Source of the DNA: Octopus bimaculoides
Taxonomy: Eukaryota
Reading direction: 5' to 3'
Length of the DNA: 32,696 bases
NCBI RefSeq assembly: GCF_001194135.2
Contig: NC_068986.1
Location: 83,637,443-83,670,138, forward strand
In this document: in pieces, positions 21,680 through 32,360 of the stretch
How positions within the stretch are numbered: position 1 is the first letter of the stretch
Layout of the letters: each line of letters opens with the position of its first letter
Made by a program: the position numbers and the translations under genes
The notes under the pieces: generated by a model
What the model was told of the DNA's origin: nothing
The model's input: only the letters and a program-made list of their open reading frames with translations
Databases searched by the model: none

Positions 21680-22570
21680 CCAAACGGTTCTCCGCGGTAC
21701 ACTGGTGTGTCCCAGAGCTCCATTTCTCGTCCGGCTGCAATTATCAGCTGAGTGCCGTGCTTCGACAAGATTTCGGCCCATGAAGCTCAGTATCTCTCCA
21801 CACGGTGGGCCAGCAACAACTGGACGTATTGCGTTGCAAAAAGCCACATTTCGAGTCCAAATCTCCACCAGTTGTGCACTTTTGATTCCACCACTGGTCC
21901 CAATTCCGGATTCTCCTTGGTTGCAGCCAGCACTGTTGCAACCAACCACTCCAGTTTAATTTCTAGTGGAACTCTGGGAATACGTATTCTCACACTTCTT
22001 CTTCCTCTATAACTTGGTAGTAATGCTATTTTTGTATTTCTTAAAATGTTGGTCGCATGCTTGGTTGCCTCTTCTATAGTGGCGAAACTCACCTCTACCG
22101 TACCGAACTTTCTTCCTCTGCTGATGTACGTGGCTTCATTCACAATTTCACCCAGGCACTCCTCGATTTCTTCTTCCGTCACTATTTCAATTTTACAGGT
22201 TTCGACAGCCTGTGTACGATACACAACTGTCCTCAGAATTTTGTCTTCTTTAGTCTCTTTTGGGGGGACAATTTGAATGAGTCTCCCTCTACTTCTATCA
22301 AATTTCTGCTTCTGCTCACCTCCCCCATATCCAACTTGATCAACTTGGTTTCCAGCGGCACTGGCTTCTTCGCCGCAGTGGCCCTGGCGTAGCTCTCCAT
22401 ACTGGAGACACTACCACTCGCCACAGCTGGGGCAAAAAAACACACAAAAAAACCAGCGGCTTGCGTGAAACGTAACAACAACAATTCCACAAAAATCACA
22501 ATTATTCATAGACAACTTACAGTAGTTCACAGAGTAACACAGCAGTTTTCACAATAATTCACAGAGCCGT
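21680..22570 (-). mobile_element. 5' end of an L1/Tx1-like non-LTR retrotransposon: 5' UTR plus degraded ORF1 (RRM-like region, decayed zinc knuckle)
   Basis: ATG at 22400 (MESYARATAAKKP...). After a frameshift it reads EEIEECLGEIVNEATYISRGRKFGTVEVSFATIEEA...LLPSYRGRRSVRIRIPRVPLEIKLEWLVA, like L1/Tx1 ORF1p, and then LIIAAGR...GALGHT (knuckle remnant). ORF2 is absent. Confidence 0.72.
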
Positions 22571-22640
22571 TATATCGCTAAGCAGTTCGACTGGCGTGCT
22601 AACGTTTCTGCCGTGCTAACGTTTCTGCCAGCTCGCCACT
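22571..22640 (-). mobile_element. SINE family A head only (A-box part) with a 17-bp tandem duplication
   Basis: Minus strand gtggcgagct[ggcagaaacgttagcac]x2gccagtcgaactgcttagcgatat; the match then stops before the B-box. Confidence 0.88.
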
Positions 22641-22819
22641 TTACTACTTTATACGAATAATGTCTTTATGTTCTGGTACCATGGATTATTTTGATTGACA
22701 AAACTGAGATGTAAACAACAGCCGCTTCGGTTAGCTGTTTCGAATCCTGCTAGACACCGACACACTTCAATAACCGCTAAATAATCACACACACAATATA
22801 CTGACAGACACTTTTTCCA

Positions 22820-23422
22820 TTTTATTTTCGCTATTAACCGTCCTCACGACCCTCTTCATATATACGATGGGCCCACAAGCTATCCAATGAAAATCCAGAG
22901 TTAATCGTGGTCGGTGAATTTTTAATAAAAATGCGAAGGTCGTTTATCAATTCAAAAATCCATATCCACGTAATAACCATACTTTCTGATTTTTTTAGTG
23001 CTAAAAACTTTCCTGTAATCCCAAAAAATATCGTAACCATTGGTCCAGCCATCTGGCCGTGAAAAAGAGACGGACAGACGGACATGACGCCCACTATAGT
23101 AAGATAACAAATCTGCCCATCTACAATGGGAAATAGAGGGGTAGTATCACAAATCTAAACTCTTTAAATTCACGAACAATACGGGGTGGGGAATCCAGAG
23201 TTAATCCTTGTCGCCGGAATTAAAAAAAAAAATCAAAGGTGATTTATTAATACAAAACAACTCAATATCCACGAAATAATCATACTTTTTCACATTTTTT
23301 TCGCTAAAAACCTTCCTGATTATCTCCTTCGTAATCCCGAAATACATCGTGACCATTGATCCACCCGTTTGATCGTGAAGAGAGAACAAACAGACTGAAA
23401 TAACACCCATTATGGTAAGATA
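22820..23422 (+). mobile_element. Two head-to-tail copies of a non-autonomous Helitron/Helentron-like repeat (shared parts 22892-23106 and 23192-23422)
   Basis: Both start aatccagagttaatc and end in tat[a/g]gtaagata. They carry atcgt.accattg.tcca.cc.t.tg..cgtgaa...acaga, an architecture typical of non-autonomous rolling-circle elements. The classification is an inference. Confidence 0.6.
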
Positions 23423-23721
23423 TATTAGCTAAAATATATAAACAACTTTTTCTTTACATGCATTTTTGGTTATCTTTCGAACTTAGTACATATAAGATGT
23501 CAAACACGGTAAAACACTGCATTAATTGAAAGCAACACATAAACAGACACTCAGTAAGATTCAACATAGTTTGACAGTAAACAACAATAAAAACGTGTAA
23601 ACCGGGTAGACAGATTTAATTAAATATCTTTGAAATAGAGATGACGAAATATAAACAAAGTTGTGGGTTTTATATTTCAGGAAGCTTTTCACAAAGAAAA
23701 AGATTTCACTAAAAAATAAGT

Positions 23722-23800
23722 GTTGGTGTTGATTTGTTCAACTAAACTTTTCAAGTTGGTGCTCCTGCATGACCGTAGTCCAATGACTGAAACAAATAAG
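23722..23800 (+). mobile_element. SINE family C, 3' tail
   Basis: ggtgctcctgcatgaccgtagtccaatgactgaaacaa; the reverse complement matches 6835-6870 and 27370-27395. Confidence 0.65.
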
Positions 23801-24086
23801 AAACAANNNNNNNNNNNNNNNNNNNNNNNNNNNNNNNNNNNNNNNNNNNNNNNNNNNNNNNNNNNNNNNNNNNNNNNNNNNNNNNNNNNNNNNNNNNNNN
23901 NNNNNNNNNNNNNNNNNNNNNNNNNNNNNNNNNNNNNNNNNNNNNNNNNNNNNNNNNNNNNNNNNNNNNNNNNNNNNNNNNNNNNNNNNNNNNNNNNNNN
24001 NNNNNNNNNNNNNNNNNNNNNNNNNNNNNNNNNNNNNNNNNNNNNNNNNNNNNNNNNNNNNNNNNNNNNNNNNNNNNNNNNNNNNN

Positions 24087-24122
<36 letters not shown>

Positions 24123-24126
<4 letters not shown>

Positions 24127-24265
24127 GATGGTCTTCCACACAATTTCTGTCAAATTCACTCATAAGGCGTTGGTCGCCCGGGGCTATAATACAAGACATT
24201 TACCTAAGGTGTCACGTAGTGAGACTGAACTCGAAGCCAGGTGGTTCCAGAGCAAGCTTTTAAGC
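24123..24265 (-). mobile_element. tRNA-like SINE head, probably family C
   Basis: The reverse complement has a B-box-like gagttcagtctc followed by gacaccttaggtaaatgtctt, a ccttgggcaag-type motif common in SINE central domains. Linking it to family C relies on recollection. Confidence 0.6.
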
Positions 24266-24299
24266 TTTTAATATTTCTTTAATTTATTTGACATCATAT

Positions 24300-24535
24300 T
24301 AGCCCCTTGCTATTGTTGCTTAGACTCAGGTGAACCCTAATTGTATAAGCTATTGGTAAAATCAAACACATTACCATCATGACCATCCTGTTTGTTTAAG
24401 TGTATGTAAGACTACATTATGCAGAATATTCTTTCATTTCCCCAAAGCAATGGGGTGTAATTTAAGAGAGATTCGGCTGCTAATTTTAACAGATCGAACG
24501 ATCATATTGAGGGTCTCTCTCATTGACTTGTATTT
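24300..24535 (+). mobile_element. Family B repeat
   Basis: ttgttgcttagactcaggtgaaccct...catgaccatcc...ggggtgtaatttaagagagattcggctgctaattttaacagatcgaacgatca. Confidence 0.65.
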
Positions 24536-24743
24536 TTTATACGATAAGAGTGGTCGAGTGACAAAGTTAATTAGCCTGCGGTATTAAGTAACATTCCCAC
24601 GTATTGTGTGTTCAAATCCTGCCCAAATTGAACTTTGGACTTTCGTTTCTCTGAAATTGATTAAATAGAAAAGTACCAGTATTATACTGTATAAATGAAT
24701 ACACTGGGCCCTGTGGACTTTGTGCTAAAGTAAGAAGTCACTA

Positions 24744-24801
<58 letters not shown>

Positions 24802-24822
24802 AGTGTGTGTGTGTGTGTGTGT
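24744..24822. repeat. (CTAT)n followed by (GT)n
   Basis: Direct reading. Confidence 0.97.
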
Positions 24823-25039
24823 CCAATTGCTACGTATGAGCAGCCATTAGGTATGGAGGTCGATTCAATTCTTTCTCTCGCGAAAGTAAAAGACAGAATC
24901 AACTCAACAGGATTTGAACGTTGAGCAAAAGGAAAGCAGTATTTATTCTTACACTTTGCCGTTTGTGCCACCAGAAAGAACTGGTCGTCAGCAAGATGTG
25001 AGTTTGTCTTTCATCCTTCAGGGCCGATAAAATTGGCAA

Positions 25040-25400
25040 CAGCCCATGCCTATGTTATCACCTGCACCTCCTCCAACCTAATTTACTGCATCAAATGCAA
25101 CCTATGCAACCAACTTTACGTGGGGCAGACGGGCCGCCGGCTGGCCGACCGTTTCACCGAACACCTAAGGGACGTTCGGCTAGGTTCGGACTCGCCCGTC
25201 ACTTCCACTTGGCCAACCACTCCCCCTCTAAAATCTCCGTTTTTGGCCTCACCCTGCACCATGGGTCCACTCCCTCGCGACTCCACTTGGAACAGCGCTA
25301 TATTTTTAACCTTAGATCATCTTTCCCCTTCGGACTCAACACAGCCCCCCTCTTCCTTATGACTCTCCCCTTTACGACAATGCAACACTTTTCTTTATTT
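25040..25400 (+). mobile_element. Penelope-like element (Neptune type), GIY-YIG endonuclease and 3' end
   Basis: ITCTSSNLIYCIKCNLCNQLYVGQTGRRLADRFTEHLRDV; after a frameshift RHFHLANHS...EQRYIFNLRSSFPFGLN. Confidence 0.93.
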
Positions 25401-25775
25401 ATTATTCTTTTTTNNNNNNNNNNNNNNNNNNNNNNNNNNNNNNNNNNNNNNNNNNNNNNNNNNNNNNNNNNNNNNNNNNNNNNNNNNNNNNNNNNNNNNN
25501 NNNNNNNNNNNNNNNNNNNNNNNNNNNNNNNNNNNNNNNNNNNNNNNNNNNNNNNNNNNNNNNNNNNNNNNNNNNNNNNNNNNNNNNNNNNNNNNNNNNN
25601 NNNNNNNNNNNNNNNNNNNNNNNNNNNNNNNNNNNNNNNNNNNNNNNNNNNNNNNNNNNNNNNNNNNNNNNNNNNNNNNNNNNNNNNNNNNNNNNNNNNN
25701 NNNNNNNNNNNNNNNNNNNNNNNNNNNNNNNNNNNNNNNNNNNNNNNNNNNNNNNNNNNNNNNNNNNNNNNNNNN

Positions 25776-26038
25776 CCCCATTCACACATACCTCCCACAC
25801 ACCTGACAACCCATACATACCCCTATTCACACATACCTCACATACCTCCCATACACCTAACACACACACCTCCCACACACCTTACATATATACCGCCCAC
25901 ACACATGACAAACATACATGCGCGCCCTCACACACTCATATAGACGAACGCACATATATATACACACACACACACACACACGCACAGTGGTAGAGACACA
26001 CACCTTACACAGCCCTATACACACACAGACACACACAG
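25776..26038. repeat. CA-rich imperfect minisatellite (cacacatacctccca-like units)
   Basis: Direct reading. Confidence 0.8.
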
Positions 26039-26303
26039 AGAAACGTTAGCACGCAGAAACGTTAGCACGCAGAAACGTTAGCACGCAGAAACGTTAGCAC
26101 GTCGGGCGAAATGCTTAGCGGTATTTCGTCTGCCGCTACGTTCTGAGTTGAAATTCCGCCGAGGTCGACTTTGCCTTTCATCCTTTCGGGGTCGATTAAA
26201 TAAGTACCAGTTACGCACTGGGGTCGATATAATCGACTTAATCCGTTTGTCTGTCTTTGTTTGTCCCCTCTGTGTGTAGCCCCTTGTGGGTAGTAAAGAA
26301 ATA
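26039..26303 (+). mobile_element. SINE family A, tail type 3, with a 16-bp A-box segment repeated ~4 times
   Basis: gcagaaacgttagcac repeats at 26039-26100, then a near-intact body and a distinct tail (cttaatccgtttgtctgtctttgtttgtcccctctgtgtgtagccccttgtgggtagtaaagaaata). Confidence 0.95.
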
Positions 26304-27367
26304 ACACACACACCCATATATACGCGCATGCCTACATACACGTACATACACAGCCGCATACACATGCACACACACACACACAGGAGTGCACACACAAAAT
26401 AACACATACCTGGCACACATCCTTACGCTCTCACACACATACGCACGCACACACACATAAACACACACATACACATACACACACGCACACACACCTCTCA
26501 CATACACAAACACACACATACACACACATACACGTACACACATACACATNNNNNNNNNNNNNNNNNNNNNNNNNNNNNNNNNNNNNNNNNNNNNNNNNNN
26601 NNNNNNNNNNNNNNNNNNNNNNNNNNNNNNNNNNNNNNNNNNNNNNNNNNNNNNNNNNNNNNNNNNNNNNNNNNNNNNNNNNNNNNNNNNNNNNNNNNNN
26701 NNNNNNNNNNNNNNNNNNNNNNNNNNNNNNNNNNNNNNNNNNNNNNNNNNNNNNNNNNNNNNNNNNNNNNNNNNNNNNNNNNNNNNNNNNNNNNNNNNNN
26801 NNNNNNNNNNNNNNNNNNNNNNNNNNNNNNNNNNNNNNNNNNNNNNNNNNNNNNNNNNNNNNNNNNNNNNNNNNNNNNNNNNNNNNNNNNNNNNNNNNNN
26901 NNNNNNNNNNNNNNNNNNNNNNNNNNNNNNNNNNNNNNNNNNNNNNNNNNNNNNNNNNNNNNNNNNNNNNNNNNNNNNNNNNNNNNNNNNNNNNNNNNNN
27001 NNNNNNNNNNNNNNNNNNNNNNNNNNNNNNNNNNNNNNNNNNNNNNNNNNNNNNNNNNNNNNNNNNNNNNNNNNNNNNNNNNNNNNNNNNNNNNNNNNNN
27101 NNNNNNNNNNNNNNNNNNNNNNNNNNNNNNNNNNNNNNNNNNNNNNNNNNNNNNNNNNNNNNNNNNNNNNNNNNNNNNNNNNNNNNNNNNNNNNNNNNNN
27201 NNNNNNNNNNNNNNNNNNNNNNNNNNNNNNNNNNNNNNNNNNNNNNNNNNNNNNNNNNNNNNNNNNNNNNNNNNNNNNNNNNNNNNNNNNNNNNNNNNNN
27301 NNNNNNNNNNNNNNNNNNNNNNNNNNNNNNNNNNNNNNNNNGTGTAATGGATATGTATATATATTTT

Positions 27368-27397
27368 ACGTATTTCAGTCATTGAACTGCGACCTCA
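27368..27397 (-). mobile_element. SINE family C tail tip
   Basis: atttcagtcattgaactgcgacc matches 6835-6870 and the reverse complement of 23770-23800. Confidence 0.5.
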
Positions 27398-27601
27398 GGA
27401 CTTCTCTAAAATAAAAAAACAAAAAAAAAACTAAGATCTGAAGAAGAAATTGTAATTCCGAAATATCATCGGACTATAGATGACCAAATTACAACAGGTA
27501 TATAGTACATTTTTTGTTCTATAGTGCATTGTTGTACCATTCTAAACTTTTTATTCTTTACAAACAATACACAATGCTTCAAGCGAACTACACTACACTC
27601 C

Positions 27602-27637
27602 TATGTATGTATGTATGTATGTATGTATGTATGTATT
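27602..27637. repeat. (TATG)n microsatellite
   Basis: Direct reading. Confidence 0.97.
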
Positions 27638-29108
27638 TCAAACCAACAAATTCAGGTTTTGCCAACGTAAGTCACTACCAGACGTTTTGGATTATGTTTC
27701 CTGAGTATGAAATTAAATATATTGTTAAATAAGTGTGAATCATTGTGCATGTATGTGTGAGTAATCTAGCCTATATTGTATATATATATCAGTTTGATTA
27801 TACAATTTTATACGTATTCATAATTTAATCTGCATGTGTAGGATTTTCATGTAACTGTTAATGAAACTATACCTAAATGCCCGATGAATGAGTCTCTTTA
27901 CGCCTCATTGAACATATGTGTATTGCCTTGCTTTTCATATATAGCGTGTGCAGACGTATACGACGGTTTCAAACTTCAAAGAATTGGATGCATATATGTA
28001 TGTGGCTACTCGACCCAGTGTAATGTGTATGTGCGCTCACACACACACACGCGCGCGTGCTCACATATGTATACATGTATACGCATACATATATATGCAT
28101 ATATGTATATATATGTATGTGTGTAAATATATATATATATATATATATANNNNNNNNNNNNNNNNNNNNNNNNNNNNNNNNNNNNNNNNNNNNNNNNNNN
28201 NNNNNNNNNNNNNNNNNNNNNNNNNNNNNNNNNNNNNNNNNNNNNNNNNNNNNNNNNNNNNNNNNNNNNNNNNNNNNNNNNNNNNNNNNNNNNNNNNNNN
28301 NNNNNNNNNNNNNNNNNNNNNNNNNNNNNNNNNNNNNNNNNNNNNNNNNNNNNNNNNNNNNNNNNNNNNNNNNNNNNNNNNNNNNNNNNNNNNNNNNNNN
28401 NNNNNNNNNNNNNNNNNNNNNNNNNNNNNNNNNNNNNNNNNNNNNNNNNNNNNNNNNNNNNNNNNNNNNNNNNNNNNNNNNNNNNNNNNNNNNNNNNNNN
28501 NNNNNNNNNNNNNNNNNNNNNNNNNNNNNNNNNNNNNNNNNNNNNNNNNNNNNNNNNNNNNNNNNNNNNNNNNNNNNNNNNNNNNNNNNNNNNNNNNNNN
28601 NNNNNNNNNNNNNNNNNNNNNNNNNNNNNNNNNNNNNNNNNNNNNNNNNNNNNNNNNNNNNNNNNNNNNNNNNNNNNNNNNNNNNNNNNNNNNNNNNNNN
28701 NNNNNNNNNNNNNNNNNNNNNNNNNNNNNNNNNNNNNNNNNNNNNNNNNNNNNNNNNNNNNNNNNNNNNNNNNNNNNNNNNNNNNNNNNNNNNNNNNNNN
28801 NNNNNNNNNNNNNNNNNNNNNNNNNNNNNNNNNNNNNNNNNNNNNNNNNNNNNNNNNNNNNNNNNNNNNNNNNNNNNNNNNNNNNNNNNNNNNNNNNNNN
28901 NNNNNNNNNNNNNNNNNNNNNNNNNNNNNNNNNNNNNNNNNNNNNNNNNNNNNNNNNNNNNNNNNNNNNNNNNNNNNNNNNNNNNNNNNNNNNNNNNNNN
29001 NNNNNNNNNNNNNNNNNNNNNNNNNNNNNNNNNNNNNNNNNNNNNNNNNNNNNNNNNNNNNNNNNNNNNNNNNNNNNNNNNNNNNNNNNNNNNNNNNNNN
29101 NNNNNNNN

Positions 29109-29162
<54 letters not shown>

Positions 29163-29482
29163 CTTTAATAAATGCCAAAATGAATTTCTGTGTGTCAATG
29201 TGTCACACTTTCAGTGACACACACTATTCAGTGACACTTCTACTATTCCTCATGTTGAGGATGAGAGTAATAGTAGGCATAAGAAAAAGTTGTACTGACC
29301 CTCGAATGGGAAGACAAAAATGTTGTTTATCATGCAGCTTTGCGATAAGTTCCAAGTCGACAAACTATATCATTGTCCTGATGAAAATTGTTCATTGCTT
29401 GAAAAATATTGGTCAAGTTTAGAATTTAATATGTACTCAAGGCCCAATGTCCAAGGCCCAATGAAGAGCCCTTCAAAGGAGC

Positions 29483-29725
29483 TAGCTTAAAAGCTGCTCG
29501 ACAAGGCGGCTTAGCACGGCTTTTAAGCTATCTGCCCTAACTCTTCGAAACGCCTGTGTTAGAATGGTGGCAGCTGATGAAGGAAAATGTTCTCTATGTG
29601 GCCTGTGTGTTTTCTGTACTCTGGTTATTATTATTTTTTGGTCTACGTTTTGTTTGCAACGTCCTGTACCCAGATATGCACCTATGTATACAGGTAGGTG
29701 TAAGTATGCACATACTTGTACGTAT
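29483..29725 (+). mobile_element. Unclassified interspersed repeat, copy 2 (see 1935-2112), with an upstream 12-bp-stem hairpin
   Basis: Aligns with the reverse complement of 1935-2112. tagcttaaaagc/gcttttaagcta inverted repeat at ~29483-29530. Confidence 0.65.
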
Positions 29726-30656
29726 ATATGCATATACTCATTTATTATTTGTTTTATATATATATACGTTTATACATCTTGTTTTGCAAGATTCCTGATG
29801 TGAAATCGTGCATTGAAACAAATATTGTTTTANNNNNNNNNNNNNNNNNNNNNNNNNNNNNNNNNNNNNNNNNNNNNNNNNNNNNNNNNNNNNNNNNNNN
29901 NNNNNNNNNNNNNNNNNNNNNNNNNNNNNNNNNNNNNNNNNNNNNNNNNNNNNNNNNNNNNNNNNNNNNNNNNNNNNNNNNNNNNNNNNNNNNNNNNNNN
30001 NNNNNNNNNNNNNNNNNNNNNNNNNNNNNNNNNNNNNNNNNNNNNNNNNNNNNNNNNNNNNNNNNNNNNNNNNNNNNNNNNNNNNNNNNNNNNNNNNNNN
30101 NNNNNNNNNNNNNNNNNNNNNNNNNNNNNNNNNNNNNNNNNNNNNNNNNNNNNNNNNNNNNNNNNNNNNNNNNNNNNNNNNNNNNNNNNNNNNNNNNNNN
30201 NNNNNNNNNNNNNNNNNNNNNNNNNNNNNNNNNNNNNNNNNNNNNNNNNNNNNNNNNNNNNNNNNNNNNNNNNNNNNNNNNNNNNNNNNNNNNNNNNNNN
30301 NNNNNNNNNNNNNNNNNNNNNNNNNNNNNNNNNNNNNNNNNNNNNNNNNNNNNNNNNNNNNNNNNNNNNNNNNNNNNNNNNNNNNNNNNNNNNNNNNNNN
30401 NNNNNNNNNNNNNNNNNNNNNNNNNNNNNNNNNNNNNNNNNNNNNNNNNNNNNNNNNNNNNNNNNNNNNNNNNNNNNNNNNNNNNNNNNNNNNNNNNNNN
30501 NNNNNNNNNNNNNNNNNNNNNNNNNNNNNNNNNNNNNNNNNNNNNNNNNNNNNNNNNNNNNNNNNNNNNNNNNNNNNNNNNNNNNNNNNNNNNNNNNNNN
30601 NNNNNNNNNNNNNNNNNNNNNNNNNNNNNNNNNNNNNNNNNNNNNNNNNNNNNNNC

Positions 30657-31605
30657 ATTCCTCTCCTTTATCTAATCCTTCCATCCTCTCCTCGAATTCT
30701 CCTGCACTGTCTCTAACTCTTCCATCGAATTTCCCGACATTTCTGTCAGCATCCGCCATTCCGCTCTCACTACTTCCATCCACTAAAAACACACTCACTC
30801 ACACTCCTACCTTAACTTTTCCTCCTCCCACCCCTACATACACCAAGATCTCCAACCCCTACTCCCAATTTCTCCGTCTACGCAGGCTCTGCAGTGACGA
30901 CCGTGACTTTGAGATTCAGTCTCAACTCATGGCTCACCACATCATCCTACGTGGATATCCCCTCGCCATTATTCATACTGCTCTTTCCCGGGCACGATCT
31001 GTAGACCGTACCTCTGCTCTTTCTCCTAGTACCCATCCAACCCTTATCCGTGTTTCGTTTCCTCTCACCTACCACCTCGCCATTCTACCCCTCCAACGCA
31101 CCAGTCTCCGAGCCTTCCAGCGACCACTCCACCTCTCACATCTTCCCTAACCTAACCCATCCCTCCTTCAAACGAGGTGATGCATGTTCTGGTTCACAAT
31201 TTCTTCCGTACCCTCGCTTCCCAGCCTGGTTCCTTCTCCAGCTCCTGCCCACCCTGTCACACCTGCCCAATACTACCATCCTCACAGGCACCCATCACCG
31301 TCCCTATCACGTCACTTCTAGTAATGTCACTTACGCATCTCCTGCTCTCTGTGTCCTTCCCTGTACATTGGTCAAACGGGACGCCGCTTGGCTGACCGGT
31401 TCTCGGAGCATCTCCGGGACATCACACTCAGCAATGATACCCCGGTCTCGCGCCATTTCCGTTCTAATAGGCATTCGCTACAACATCTGTATGTATTCAG
31501 ACTGTCTCTGCACAGGGACTACCCGCACTCCCACCTTCGCAGTGAACCGGAATTAACTTCTCTCTTCGTTCCTTTGCGCTACATGGGCTCAACTCACTTC
31601 CTCTC
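30657..31605 (+). mobile_element. Penelope-like element (Neptune type): RT C-terminus, Zn-finger linker and GIY-YIG endonuclease, pseudogenised
   Basis: FSCTVSNSSIEFPDISV; PYSQFLRLRRLCSDDRDF...RGYP; PGSF..CPPCHTCP; TSSNVTY..SCSLCPSLYIGQTGRRLADRFSEHLR...PVSRHF. Multiple frameshifts; the 5' part is lost in the gap. Confidence 0.94.
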
Positions 31606-31678
31606 TTCATTTGACACCAACCTCGTCTCCTCTCTTCATTTGACACCAACCTCGCCTCTTCTCTTCATTTGACACCAA
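31600..31678. repeat. 29-bp tandem repeat (~2.7 units) at the end of the Penelope ORF
   Basis: cctctcttcatttgacaccaacctcg(t/c)ct at 31600, 31629 and 31658. Confidence 0.93.
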
Positions 31679-31679
31679 T

Positions 31680-32360
31680 CCCACACGAATTCCCACTCAC
31701 GCCCCACACCCTTCACATACACACCTGCATACCGCCCACCTCGGTACCCTTACCTACACGCGCCACAATACGCACACCCATACGCACACCCATACGCACT
31801 GTTCAACCCGTCATTTACGTCACACACCATTACATCCACACTAACAACACGCTCCCATTCCACACACTTCTCAGCACCCATACAACACACCATCATCCAC
31901 AGAAGCACACAATCTTCAATAGCGTCACCACACATATCATTATATGAGCAGCCACACACACTGTTTAACTCAGTGCACACAGCACACACCATCATGCACA
32001 CTCCCACACCCACACAAGCACACAATACATGAACACAGACAATATATACTCCCTAACCCACACAAGCACATAATACTTGAACACAGATAATATATACACA
32101 TGCACACATACACACGCACGCAACACGCATAAACACATGCAACACACATAGACGAAGATAACTTTCGCCCACATTCATACACAATACGCATAGACACTAT
32201 TTGGTCACAGTGACACACACACACACTCACACACACACATACATGTGTGCACACACCACGTGTAAAGGCACACATCAACTGCTACGCACAACACACACAC
32301 ACACACGTCAAACTCATACGCCCCCATTCACACATATGCACTTACACACTCACACACACG
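31680..32360. repeat. CA-rich low-complexity tail
   Basis: Direct reading. Confidence 0.8.

Noticed and set aside
26039-26100. Regular short repeats as a CRISPR array (also 31600-31678)
   Set aside because: There are no unique spacers; these are simple tandem duplications within eukaryotic retroposons.
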